Shown piece after piece: positions 41,706 through 56,226 of a DNA stretch of 64,000 nt. The position numbers and the translations under genes are program-made. The stretch's first letter is position 1, and each line of letters starts with the position of its first letter. Origin of the DNA: Octopus vulgaris (taxonomy: Eukaryota). Below the pieces are notes generated by a model. That model was not told the DNA's origin. It was given only the letters and a program-made list of their open reading frames with translations, and searched no databases. The stretch covers positions 43,958,001 through 44,022,000 of the forward strand of contig OX597815.1 of NCBI GenBank assembly GCA_951406725.2. The letters are read 5' to 3'.

Positions 41706-42141
41706 GTTTAAAATTTTTGCCACAAGGGCAGCCATTTTGGAGGAGGAGATGGGTCGATTACACCGACCCCAGTATTTCATTGGTATTTAATTTATAGATC
41801 CCGGCGACTTTTGAACTCAGAGCGTAAAGACGGACGAAATGCCACTAAGCATTTTGTATCGCGTGCTAACGATTCTGCTAAGCACGCCACCATAATCATC
41901 ATAGTCATGATAATTATCATTATAATTATATGTCATTTGGTTCACAACGAATGTGGTAATTTGTCTGCCATTATGGTTGGGGATTTATCCCTCCGAGATC
42001 AGCTCAAGATCGAAAAAATGAAGTATCAACCACCTACTGCAGTCAGACTAACCGGCTGACCTCTCCCTTCAAAACTGCTAACTTTCAGCCAAAATTAAAA
42101 GGAAGCTTCCTGTGGACTATAATGATGTTTATCGGATAATG

Positions 42142-42171
<30 letters not shown>

Positions 42172-42174
<3 letters not shown>

Positions 42175-42728
42175 GCCCTGATGCAGTACCAGGCAGTGGC
42201 TCTCATGGCTTCTGATCTTAACTGATTGGAAGTGTTATCATGTACATTGTTTTGTCTTGGTATAAAAGATGGGCTACAGCAAATATTCTGCTCAATACCA
42301 CAGATTTGCTTGTCAGTTGTTTGACCTTAACCAGTTGAGCATGTCCCTTAGTGGCTGACGATATGTGCATCTCTGATCACGAGCAGAAGTAGTGGGGGAG
42401 CATCATGGCCATGTGTTGAGAGGGATTCTTTGGAGTTTGAATGGTTCACCTCTGGAAACATAGGTGTTTCGTTCAACATCCTAAAGCAACCCTTATTCAG
42501 GGACCGTTTGAGCAGGATGGGCTACTCAACCTGAAGAAAATTCTAACTGGGCCCCACCTGCAAGGTCATGTGCTGTTTATCTTGATATGAGATCACCATG
42601 TCGCGCACATATGGTTGTGATGCATGTGCCTGGTGTACCTTTATCAGACGGGTAGTCATGATGGGTATATTGGGCTTCGTATATTTTACCCCAGTGTCAC
42701 TTTGATGGCATGAACTGCTCTCTCACTC

Positions 42729-42730
<2 letters not shown>
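42172..42730 (+). mobile_element. ~560-bp non-coding interspersed element (family C) within (TAA)n, longest copy
   Basis: aatgccctgatgcag...ctgctctctcactcaa, flanked by (TAA)n on both sides. Confidence 0.8.
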
Positions 42731-42792
<62 letters not shown>

Positions 42793-42793
42793 G

Positions 42794-43200
42794 ACCTTAA
42801 CCAGTTGAGCATGTCCCTTAGTGGCTGACGATATGTGCATCTCTGATCACGAGCAGAAGTAGTGGGGGAGCATCATAGCCATGTGTTGAGAGGGATTCTT
42901 TGGGGTTTGAATAATTCACGTCTGGAAACATGGGTGGTTCTTTCAACATCCTTAAACAACCCTTATTCAGGGACCTTTTGAGCGGGATGGGCTACTCAAC
43001 CAGAAGAAAATTCTAACTGGGCCCCACCTGCAAGGTCATGCGCTGTTTATCTTGATATGAGATCACCATGTCGCGCACATATGGTTGCGATGCATGTTCC
43101 TGGTGTACCCTTATCAGACGGGTAGTCATGATGGGTATATTGGGCTTCGTATATTTTACCCCAGTGTCACTTTGATGGCATGAACTGCTCTCTCACTCAA
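42794..43200 (+). mobile_element. Family C copy 2, left-truncated
   Basis: Highly similar to 42323-42730; same right end. Confidence 0.85.
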
Positions 43201-43388
43201 TAATAATAATAATAATAATAATCCTTTCTACTAAAGGCACAAGGCCTGAAATTTTGGGGGAGTAGACTAGTCGATTAATTAGTACTTAATTTATCGACTC
43301 CGAAAAGATTAAAGGCCAAGTCGACCTTGGCGGAATTTGAACTCAGAATAACAATGATTATAATAATAACAATGATAATGATAGTAAT

Positions 43389-43885
43389 ATGGCTTCTGAT
43401 CTTAACTGATTGGAAGTGTTATCATGTACATTGTTGTGTATTGGTGCAAAAGATGGGCTACAGCAAATATTCTGCTCAATACCACAGATTTACTTGTCAG
43501 TTGTTTGACAATAACCAGTTGACCATGTCCTTCAGTGGCTAACGATATGTGCATCTCTGATCACGAGCAGAAGTAGTAGGGGAGCATTATAGCCATGTGT
43601 TGAGAGGAATTCTTTGGTGTTTGGATAATTTATCTTTGGAAACATGGATGTTTCATTCAACATCCTTAAACAACTTTATTCAGGGACCTTTTGAACGGGA
43701 TGGGCTATTCAACTGCAAGGTCAAGCGTTGTTTATCTTGATGTGAGTACACCATGTCGCGCACATATGATTGTGATGCATGTGCCTGGTGTACCCTTATA
43801 AAGCGAGCAGTCATGATGGGTCTACTGGGCTTCGTACATATTTGTACCCCAGTGTCACTTTGATGGCATGCACTGCTCTCTCAAT
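43389..43885 (+). mobile_element. Family C copy 3, more diverged
   Basis: atggcttctgatc...ctgctctctcaa followed by (TAA)n. Confidence 0.85.
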
Positions 43886-43890
43886 CAATC

Positions 43891-43935
<45 letters not shown>

Positions 43936-43936
43936 C

Positions 43937-44014
<78 letters not shown>

Positions 44015-44017
44015 GTA

Positions 44018-44068
<51 letters not shown>

Positions 44069-44082
44069 TAATAATAATAATA

Positions 44083-44162
<80 letters not shown>

Positions 44163-44689
44163 CATTATAGCGGAGCTATTTATAAAGTAAGCTGCTATAT
44201 AGAAAGAGAAAATGAATCGTACAGACAGTAAAAAAAAAATATAGGTGTGTCAATCCAAATTGATGACGTCATACACTTAAATGTTTGTGTGTGTGGTGAG
44301 GTGAGGAATACTAATTGTACTGTTATTACTAGTGCAATTTCTTACTGTTTGTTATTATTTCACCGAGAGAAACAAACAGGAGTGTAAAAACTAAATTCGA
44401 CTACTAATGACGTCAGATATTTATCGTCTACACACATACGCATACACACACACACACATACACTCACATACGTACACTCACACAGACACACAGGCGCACA
44501 CACACACACACATTCAGTCGGCCTAATTTTGGGTGTTTAATTTTACCTCTATGCTGTTTGTTAGTTCCTTTCTTGTTATATTCGTTGGTCTGTATTTATA
44601 TTTGTTTATTATTACTTTCATTTTATTTGAATTCATTTATTTTGCTAATGAGAACAAACTGGTCATTAAGTACATTACAGTGTATGTAC

Positions 44690-44748
<59 letters not shown>

Positions 44749-44866
44749 TACATACATACATGGCAGGCATTTGGTTTTGTCACAATTAATTTATCAAGTT
44801 AGCTTATGTATTTAAAGAAGCATTTGTTTTTGCTTTATTTTACACATATATTTTTGTCTGTGTATG

Positions 44867-46155
<1,289 letters not shown>

Positions 46156-46172
46156 CTACTCACACGCACGCG

Positions 46173-46250
<78 letters not shown>

Positions 46251-46669
46251 TATAGTATGCAAATAAGTAGCTCAAATGACATTTGCAATCATGGAAGTGC
46301 CAAGCAGTACGTCAGAATCTCTGAGATTGGTTGTCTATAACTAAAGAGCCTAATCAATCTTGTGTGAGCATATATGCACACAACTGGAGTGGCCGTTGAC
46401 TCTACTGAGTTCATTTGCTCTTTAACGGGTTTCATTTTTCATACCGCAGGGTGTCCAAAAGTCATCCACCTCACCAACAGAGCTGGTGGTGTTGCCGCTT
46501 TAGTCGCCGACGACCCGACCATTCAATAGGTTGTTCTGAGTTACATTTTACCAGTAGCTCTCAAGAGTAAGCCTACCTACTTACACTCTTCTGAGTCTTC
46601 GACTGTAAATAGTGGTAATATCAAGGTTTTAAAAAATTTCATTAAACATGCCCAGGGGTATCTTCAACA

Positions 46670-47135
46670 CTAAATGTCAGTCTCACTGGACACAGTTGTT
46701 CATCAGCAAGCCAACACAACCTCTCTTGAAATGCTCCTCATACACAACCGTTTGCATTGGGCTGGGTACCTTATTACGATGCAAGATTACCTAAGCTGTT
46801 GTTTTATAGAAAATTGCAGCCTGGTAAACGTCCGTGATATAAATCTAGGAAAAGTTTTAGATATACCGTCAAAAGCAACGATAACATACTTAGTGCGAAC
46901 TTTGAAAGCTGAAAGCAGATGGCGTAAAATCTATTGGTTTGGAAAGATGCGATCTACAATGGTTGTAAAGCATTTGAATATAGGAAAAGTGAACCGTCCA
47001 TCTTGAAACGATCATTCATAAGCAAGACTTGACTTCAAACCCAGAGATTTTTCTGTATAAAAATGTTTGTAACACCTGCAACAGAGTCTGCTTGTCCAAA
47101 TACTGATTTACTAGGCATATGAGATTGCACGACAG
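46670..47135 (+). mobile_element. RTE (BovB-like) LINE 3' fragment
   Basis: QQANTTSLEMLLIHNRLHWAGYL..RLPKLLFY and a terminal C..CNRVCLSK..H zinc-finger remnant. Confidence 0.7.
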
Positions 47136-47400
47136 TATTTACTAATTGAACAGATGGCTTTCTTCTGTAAAGATGTGGTAATCATAATACCTGCTAAATA
47201 CACACACATACGCGCACGCACGCATACATGCACATACATATTTAAAAGTCAGTGTACAATATGCATCTATTTGCTGGAAAGTAGAGTTAAAACTCTCCAA
47301 AGCCACGCATCTCTCATATGTAAACACGCACGGACAATGTAGTAAATATACTAAAAACACAGTCTTGAATATAATTTTAACATCATAATTTTCAAAGGAT

Positions 47401-47810
47401 AAGGCGGCGAGCTGCCAGAAACGTTAGGACATCGGGCAAAATGCTTAGCGGCATTTCGTCCGTCTTTACGTTCTGAGTTCAAATTTCCCCGAGGTCGACT
47501 TTGCCTTTCATCCTTCGAGCGACGATAAAATAAGTATTAGTGGAGTATTGGGGTCAAGGTAATCGATTTATACAACTCTGTTGAACTTTCAGGCTTTGTG
47601 CCAAAATTTGAAACCAATATTTTCAAAGGATGAAAGTTGGGAGAAATGGTAGAGTGACTGACAAAGTGCTTCCGGTATTTAGCAACGGCTCTTTACCTTG
47701 AGAACGAATCTCACTGCGGTCACCTTTGCCTTTAACTCTTCGGGGGGTCGATAAAAGAATGTACCAGTCAAGTATTGGACTCGGGGAATGTGCCTATGTA
47801 AGAAATTAGC
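47401..47810 (+). mobile_element. SINE family A copies
   Basis: aaggcggcgagctgccagaaacgttagg head. Confidence 0.85.
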
Positions 47811-48281
47811 ATTAATAACCACAAACTGCATAACTGAAAGTTCATTTTATCTGTAGAGATAAGCTGAAAGTTTTATCGCTGCAATGTATAGGAGTAGATT
47901 TACTACATCAAATATAAGTATTGAGGACTGGACCAAAGATTTTTCAATAAGAAGTCTGTTTCTCAGCCACATAGTTTCCAGTTCAATCCCTTATTTGACA
48001 CATTAATACAATTATATTAATGTGTCCAACTGATTAAAAGTCTATTTTTGCAGTTGATGATAGCCCTGCATTTAAATTGATGTAATTATTGTATTGTTCA
48101 ATTAAATGGAGCCGCTTGAAACGGTCGTACTGCATCACTACTTGATATCCTCTTGCTTATTTTGATTTTATTCACCTTACTTCGCGCAGTGCGAATAATA
48201 CCGGATTAAGTACCTAATTCAACTAAATCACAATTGTTTCTTACACAGACACACACGTGTATGTGTGTGTGTGTGTGTATT

Positions 48282-48668
48282 ACTTTTCTTTTATTTGTTT
48301 ATTTCTTTTAGTCATTGACTGCGGCCCTGCTAGAATACTGCCTTCAGTCGAACAAATCCACCCCTGGACTTATTCTTTGTAAGCCTAGTACTTATTCTAT
48401 CGGTCTCTTTGGCCGAACCACAGTGTTACGGGAACGTAAACACACCAGAATCGGTTGTCAAGCGATGGTGGGGGTGTGTAACAAACATATACATATATAT
48501 ATATATATATGACGGGATTCTTTTAGTTTCCGTCCACCAAATCCACTCACAAGGCTTTGGTCGGCCCGAGGCTATAGTAGAAGACACTTACTCAATATGC
48601 TATGCAGTGGGACTGAACCCAGAACCATGTGGTTGGTAAGCAAGCTACTTACCACACAGCCACACCTG
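48282..48668 (-). mobile_element. SINE family B, near full length
   Basis: Reverse complement of the 2323-type element. Confidence 0.85.
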
Positions 48669-48834
48669 CACGTACATACGTACATACATACATACATACA
48701 TGCATGCATACATGCATATAAGAACAAAAATAAGAACAGTAACAAAGGAGTGAAGAACGAATATATAGTGTGTATGTTTATTTGCCTCCCCCACGCACAC
48801 ACACAAAAATGACCGTCCTGAAACGATATATACA

Positions 48835-48926
<92 letters not shown>

Positions 48927-48959
48927 TATATGTATACATATACATACATATGTATAGGA

Positions 48960-49148
48960 GTAGTACCCCCACCATAGTTCATGAATGACCATGGGTTTAC
49001 ACCCAGAAAGTTAACCTTGGAGGCACAATTTCGAGCAAGCTTGTTATGGAAGACCAGCAGTTTGCCACGCATACCAGCCTCCCCTCTCCACTCCACCGAT
49101 GTTATCCAAGGGAAAATCAAAGGCCGATACAGCTTGGCACAAACGACA
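48960..49148 (-). mobile_element. SINE 3' part, same family as 59820-60030
   Basis: ggaagaccagcag..gccgatacagcttggcac is shared with 59845-59940 in the opposite orientation. Confidence 0.75.
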
Positions 49149-49152
49149 TACT

Positions 49153-49189
<37 letters not shown>

Positions 49190-49359
49190 GGCGATGTGCA
49201 ATGTGATACCATAAAGGGAAAATATAACTATCACTAAACGCGAGAAAGAGAGTCAAGACACATACATTGCTAGAGATAAGAGCTAAATGCTCTAATGCCG
49301 AAGGGAAAAGCACATACATGCTCACATGGGCTGCAATCGCTCAAGACACCGCCTCTAGA

Positions 49360-49417
49360 AATCCTTAGACTGAACGTTCAGTTTCGGCTATTTCCGTATC
49401 CTTCGTCAGTGCGGACC
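49360..49417 (-). ncRNA. Type I hammerhead ribozyme with an intact core
   Basis: GGUCCGCA-CUGACGA-A-GGAUA(CGGAAA)UAGCC-GAA-ACUGA(ACGU)UCAGU-C-UAAGGAUU; GUC cleavage triplet. Confidence 0.85.
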
Positions 49418-49639
49418 ACTCGTTCGGAAGTTTCTGGATCAATCCTCTGTCAGCATATATATACATTTACCATAAAAATCTATGGATGATGTAGCAGATG
49501 GCTAATGTATATTCAAGAATTAATATAAACTGTCATGTGCAATAGTAAAGGGAAAATATTATTGTCACTAAACACGGCAAAGTGGGGTGTCAAAGCATCT
49601 ACATTGCTAGAAATGTGCATGTGTGTGCGTGTGTGTGTC

Positions 49640-49882
49640 TGTGTTTGTCCCCCACCATTGCTTGACAACCAGTGTTGGTGATTTTACGTTCTCGTTACTA
49701 AGTTCGACGAAAGGAACCGATAGAAAAATCACGCCCCCGTTATTTAGTTCGGCAAAAAGGGACCGATAGAATAAGTACAAACAAAGAAGTACTGGGGTCG
49801 ATGCATTGGACTAAAAATTCTTCAAGATGGAGCTCCAGCATGGACTCAGTCTAATAACTGAAAAAGTAAAAAATAGATAAAA
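49640..49882 (+). mobile_element. SINE family B tail
   Basis: gtttgtcccccaccattgcttgacaacc..gctccagcatgg, with a short internal duplication. Confidence 0.8.
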
Positions 49883-50191
49883 GTATTGAAAATTTGCATC
49901 TTTCCTGTTATACTAGTTAGAAATAAATAATAAGGAAATAAATACAATAAGATTTTTTTTTAGAAAAAGAGAACAGGTTGTATTTACTATAGTTGTGGTG
50001 GTCCAGCCTGTGTAGTGGCTTGAGTGAAATCTGAATATTTAATCTATTCTTTCTCAATCAGCATTGTGGTTAGACAATGAAAAGGACGAAGGGTAACGGT
50101 TGTTGGGTTGCGTTCCTAGGAACAATTGACCTTAATCCGGCACCCCATACACACACACACCACACACTTTTATATGTATATATACTGAGTG

Positions 50192-50272
<81 letters not shown>

Positions 50273-50389
50273 GTTGAAAATATGTGGCAAAAAGTGGAAG
50301 AGAATGCCTTCGTTTCATATAATTTAATATCTTTTTATAAATGTATACATATTATTATATGGATGTCGTGAAATCCAACCGGTTTTCGC

Positions 50390-50471
<82 letters not shown>

Positions 50472-51244
50472 TAGGTGCATGCAAGCATGAATGTGTGTGT
50501 ATATATACACATATATATTTATATACATACATACATATACTCATATATTTATGTCTATATATATTTTTGTAATTACACGCGCGCGCCCATGTGTGTGTGT
50601 GTGTGTGTGTGTGTGTATTCAGATATAAACAAACTATAGTTATGACTGAGATAAGGAAAAGAAAGAGAAGGAAACAGTGAGAGATTACAGGATACAAGAA
50701 TAGAGAATTAGTGGCAGGAGTAATTAACTGAATAACGTTCAGCACGGCGGATGGAATAGTACAAACTGCGCGAGAGAAAGAGTGAGAGTGAGTGAGTGAG
50801 TGAGTGTGCGACTAGGTGAGTGAGTGAGTGAGTGAGCAAAATATATACGGACCAAGAGAGGTGTATAATAAATAAGAAAAGAATTAAAACAAATCTGGTT
50901 CTCTCTGATAATGTTTATTTCGCTTTTATTGTTGCTATTTATTCTCTCTCCTCCTCCTCTCTCTTCGTCTTTCTCTCTCACACACTCTTTCTTTCTCTCT
51001 CTTTCTCTCTCTTTCTCAGTCAGGGTCACAATAACCTGTAAACATGAATTTCACCTACTTTTAAGAACTATACATTCCAATGTTGGAGAGACTCAATCGT
51101 TCGAATAAATGAAGTGATAGTGTTATCAAATACCAAACTATATGTGTTACTATGGCAGTTATTTACTTGCATAAGATGCATGAATAGACTACACTCATGC
51201 GTATAAATACTAGCATTGACAGAAACATAGCATAGATCCATTTA

Positions 51245-51283
<39 letters not shown>

Positions 51284-51285
<2 letters not shown>

Positions 51286-51482
51286 ACACACAAATCGATG
51301 GCGATTTTCTTTCTCCGTTTTCCCTTCCTTGGACTTCCCCTTTTTCTCTGTTTCTGACGAAGGGCTTCGCTCGAAACGTTAAATCCTCCTTCTTTCTTTC
51401 CTTTCCTGAGCGTCCAATAATACTATACTTGTTCCACGTCGTCGCGTTGTTGTGTTTTTTCTCTTTGTTCATGTTTGGATTA
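51284..51482 (+). mobile_element. Solo PLE pLTR-like cassette between (TA)n tracts
   Basis: Contains a hammerhead. Downstream ttcctgagcg..taatac..ttgttc is shared with 11881-11910. Confidence 0.75.
51350..51384 (+). ncRNA. Minimal type I hammerhead ribozyme
   Basis: GUUU-CUGACGA-A-GGGC(UUC)GCUC-GAAA-CG-UU-AAAU. Confidence 0.8.
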
Positions 51483-51494
51483 ACAGAGTGCCAG

Positions 51495-51556
<62 letters not shown>

Positions 51557-51558
51557 CT

Positions 51559-51740
51559 GGCACTCTGTCGATTATGACGACGAGGGTTCCAGTTGATCCG
51601 ATCAATGGAACAGCTTACTCGTGAAATTAACGTACAAAATGACTGAGCACTCATCAAACATGTGCATCCTTAACGTACTTCGCAGTGAGATTCAGCGTGA
51701 CACATTATGCGCCAAGGCTGACCCTTTGAAATACAGGTAC
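51559..51740 (-). mobile_element. Probable SINE 3' fragment
   Basis: Structured block ending at (TA)n; recognised as an octopus-type repeat from recall only, single copy here. Confidence 0.45.
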
Positions 51741-52304
51741 TATTCTACGATTCATGGGTTACTGTGGTATAAAATAGAGGCTCAACATCTCAAGATTTCT
51801 TTTCAGATTTGATCTGAATGTTTGTAACAAAAGAGACCAAAAGTAGAACTCAATTCGTATTATGACGGAACCTGCTGCCTGATCGCTTCAGTCATCGATT
51901 TTATTCAATAAAGGTCTTTTGTTTCTATACTTGATGCTCTCTTCTATATGGTTATTCCATGCAAATCTGCTCGATTTTATCTAGTATCTCATCGAGGGTC
52001 TCAATCTGTGCAGCAAACAGTTTGGGTGTAGTTGGAACATATCTTGGTTTCTATAACCCATTCAGTGATTTGTTGATGACCGTTGCAAGAAAAGGAAAAA
52101 CATTCGAAGTGTTCAGTGAGGTGACATATTATGTGATGTTGAAAACTTATGGAGACTTGATGTCTGCTGTAAAAAGAAGTTGGGATGAGTCAGAAGGAAA
52201 GAGAACTACCATTCCTATTACGATGGAATCAGTTTGCTAATCGCTCCAGTTTCTGTATTGGCAGCTTCTTTATTCATACAAATCAGATCTATATAATCCA
52301 GTAT

Positions 52305-53340
52305 CAGGCGGTGAGCTGACAATCGTTTGCACGCCGGGCAAAATGCTTAGCGACATTTCGCCCGTCTTTGCGTTCTAAGTTCAAATTATGCCGATGTCGA
52401 TTTTGCCTTTAATCGTTTCGAGGTTGATAAATTAAGTAGCAGTTCAACTCTGAGGTCGAAATAACATTTGTTGTCATCTGTAATCGTATTATTCAAAAGT
52501 ATTTGATCTACTTTTTAATTAATAGCACGGAATATAATGGATAGGTGACGAGTGGTAGAATCGTTTCCTTTCCCTGTTGCGAGAGTTTGAGATCTTACGT
52601 AATGTCCATAAGTGCTGATTTTCTTCCTTTGACTAAAATTTAGAAAAATCCAGTGTTTAAATTTCACTAGACTCGACATTGCATATTTGCTTTATAAAAG
52701 CAGGGCAGCGACCTGACAGAACTGTTGGTGCGCCAGACAAACTGCTTTGCAGTATTTCCTCTGGAGTCTTAGGCTTTGAGTTCAAATATTGCCTTTCATC
52801 CTTTCGACATCGATAAGATAAAGTATCGGTCAAGTATTGAAGATTGATGTAATCAACTTGTTCTAATCCTCTCCATATTGCTGATCCCGAACCAAAAATA
52901 TAAAGAATTATTAAAATTTGGTAGAATTAAGGCGGTGAACTGGCAGAATGGTTAGCATGCCGGACAAAATGCTTAGCGGCATTTCGCACGTCTTTACGAT
53001 CTGAGTTCAAATTCCGCCAAGGTCGGCTTTGCCTTTCACCCTTTCAGGTCTGATAAAATAAACACCAGTTGTGTGCTGAGGTCGAGGTAATTGACAAGCT
53101 TCCCTCATCCCCAAACTCAAATAAATATTCAGGCCTTTGCCTATAGTAGAAAGGATTATTCAGTAGACTCAAGGTGGTATGCTGGCAGAATCGTTAGCGC
53201 GACGAACAAAGTGCTTAGCGGCATTTCTTCGGGCTCTTTATGTTTCGAGTTTAGACCTGGCGTTCAATGAAATAAAATACTAGTCAAGTAAAGGGAAATA
53301 GATGTAATCGGCTAGCCCCTCCCCTTAAAATCGCTAAATT
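52305..53340 (+). mobile_element. Cluster of SINE family A copies
   Basis: Heads near 52307, 52705, 52930 and 53172. Confidence 0.8.
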
Positions 53341-54914
53341 AAACCCTGCGACGAATCAGCGTCCAGTTCAGGGGTATGTTGAGGTATAGGTCACGGCTAC
53401 GGAAGCCGGGTAACGGTCTTTATGAGTCCAAGAACGCAAGAAAAAATTTAAAATGTGTGGAGTGTTGTATTTTTTTTTTTCCTTTTCTAAATGCATTTTG
53501 CAATCTGGTTCCAAATACCAGTTGAAATAACTATTTTTACTTATCTTCCTCAAAAAGATAGAAATGCAGTTCCACAGTTGTCAACTAGTATTTCTTAGTA
53601 GAATGTTTTAAATTGCTTTAATTCTTCCCACATCTTGTAAGTTGCAATATGCAGAGAAATTCAATAATGTCTATCGCTTTTCAACAGTTTACCACCGTCT
53701 TAAGTGCATTAAATTTCCGTTTTATCAATATATTGCTTCCCTGTATTTAGATGGATTGAATACTTAATTGTTTCAGTAAAAGTTCCTTCTTGACTGCTTT
53801 TTTTATTTCAAGTCTCATTGACTTACATTTTTCCTTTCTCCCTATTCTGTATAACCCTTTCTTTCTCATTTCCCCACCATATTCTTGAGGAGGCGGGGGT
53901 CAACAAAGGAAACAGTGGATTGGTCAGTTAAGAACGTCAGACGTTTCAATAAAATGACCATCGTAAACAACAAACTTGATAACTTCCTCCACTTAAAACG
54001 TCATCACATTATCACATTTTATGTAAGTGTAATATAATTTACTGTAAATAAAGTCGCCACATATATCATATATTGGTATCCGTGCCAAATAGTTGGCACT
54101 TGAATGTTTCCCCGGTTTGATTTAGGTTTATTTATTTATTTACATATTTGAGGGTACTTTTTGCCACAAGTGCAGCACTCTCATCTTTTGTAAAATACTA
54201 ATTAGTTTTCATATTTAAAAGAAGTAAAATGACAAGGGAAGTTTTATTATTACAGTTTAGAATAAACTTGATAACCAGATAGTAAAAAAAAAACAACAAC
54301 AATTAAATTACATACAATTGGGAGTTCAAACTCTTGAAAAACCTAACTTTGACAAAATTAAGCCAATATTTTGCTAAGAACTACTCTGTAGTAGAGTAGA
54401 ACATCCGATCATTAAAATCACACATAAGTCTAAACCTCAATAACTCATTAGAACCCAATTGTTCTGCTTGTTTGGTGAACAAATTATAGTTGAGTTTGAA
54501 TGATGAACAGTGGTATTATCACAACAATTTCAGTTTACATATTAGAGCCAATGTGTACTTTAAATGTTTGAGTTAACAGAGAATAAGTCTACAAGGTTAA
54601 TAGCCAATTGTTTGCATCCGAACTAAGGAACTTGAGCTGCGGCTATCACCAATAGGGGGACGTTATATCTTATCGCTGAAAAGTAGCTTGTCCTGCCACT
54701 TTATTTGTAATGAGCGTTTCGTTGGATTCCAGTATTGGATTTATATGTTCCCATGGTCCTTGTGAGAGCAAAAGGAAGCGACGCCAACAATTTCGATGAA
54801 ATTTGCATTAGTCTCAATTCAGAACCGTTTATATTGAGAACTATTCGTTCGGAATTATTCCGTGATCTGCTCCACACTAAACTCAGTATAGACTGGTAAA
54901 CAGAATCTTTACTT

Positions 54915-55142
54915 TGCGAGCTGGTAGAAACGTTAGCACGCCGGGCGAAATTCTTAGCGGTATTTCGTCTGCCGTTACGTTCTGAGTTCAAATTCCGCCG
55001 AGGTCGACATTGCTTTCATCCTTTCAGGTCGATAAATTAAGTACCAGTTACGCACTGGGGTCGATGTGATCGACTTAATTCCTTTCTCTGTCCTTGTTTG
55101 TCCCCTCTATATTTAGCCCCTTGTGGGCAATAAAGAAATAAT
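54915..55142 (+). mobile_element. SINE family A with a 16-bp TSD
   Basis: aatctttactttgcga at 54904-54919 and aatctttagtttgcga at 55143-55158. Confidence 0.9.
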
Positions 55143-55440
55143 AATCTTTAGTTTGCGATAGTCTATCACGAAAATTGGATTAATTATGAAGGACTATATC
55201 TGAGATATTTTCTATTTGAATGGCAATCTCACTAGCATTACCTATTTAATAAAAGTCTCTCAGCTTGACATTCAATGATTTTCCACCACGAACTCGAGTA
55301 ATTAAATCGAAGTCATCATCCTAATTTCAAACAAACAACCTTGTTATTTCATTTATGACATTGATGTAGCTCATCTGCAGATTATTTTTACTTTATTTCG
55401 TTATACCACCCCTCTCTTTATCTCCCTCTCTCTTTCTTTC

Positions 55441-55489
<49 letters not shown>

Positions 55490-56226
55490 TGCTTACTCTT
55501 TAATTCATTAACATATCTCACGTTCCTCCGTTCTCTCCACATAAAGACCCGTATCTCATCTTAGCCTCATATGTCCGAACCCTTAATTTACATTTTAACT
55601 TTCTGATATAACCTTCTTCATTTTATCTTGCACTTACACACTTACCTGCCATATCTTTCCTTGCTATCCACCTCTTTCGCCACCCTTACCACCTTTATAT
55701 ATTTTTATTTGTGTGCTTACATCTCTTACATGCTATCAAGTGAAGTGGTCAGTTCCGCTGCCACATTAATATATTAATTTCGCAGAAATGGTTGTACTTT
55801 TACGGTCCATAAAATTAAAAACAAACAAAAGACGAACACCAAAACAGATAAGCAACAGGGATGAGTATCTCGTTAGTGTTAAGTTCAAGACGACAAGGGG
55901 AAGTATCCCTGTAGTTGAATCAAAAACTCACTCTCGATTTATTTCGGTCAACTTTTCAACAGTAGACCTCCAGCCTTTGTTTTGTTGAAGATCTGCGTGT
56001 GCCGAATTCATCGGTAAACAAGAATACAATTGGATGATTATTGCTAGAACGGTTTTCATTGAATTATCAACAACAGCAACCACAACGACAACAACAATGA
56101 CAACAAGAACGTCATCAACAACAACAACAACAACAGCAACAACAACAACAACAACAACAACAACGGGAAAGATATACGAAAGACAAACGAAAACAGCAAA
56201 ATCATAAGCAATAGCGCGTCAGGCCT

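Noticed and set aside
51575-51635. UGACG-ACGAG..CUCGU-GAAA as an HHR
   Set aside because: The core lacks C3 and no helix I or III closes; better explained as an antisense SINE hairpin.
54600-54900. Complex unique sequence as a possible exon or LTR-element remnant
   Set aside because: No recognisable motif or splice pair; the listed ORF starts inside a SINE.
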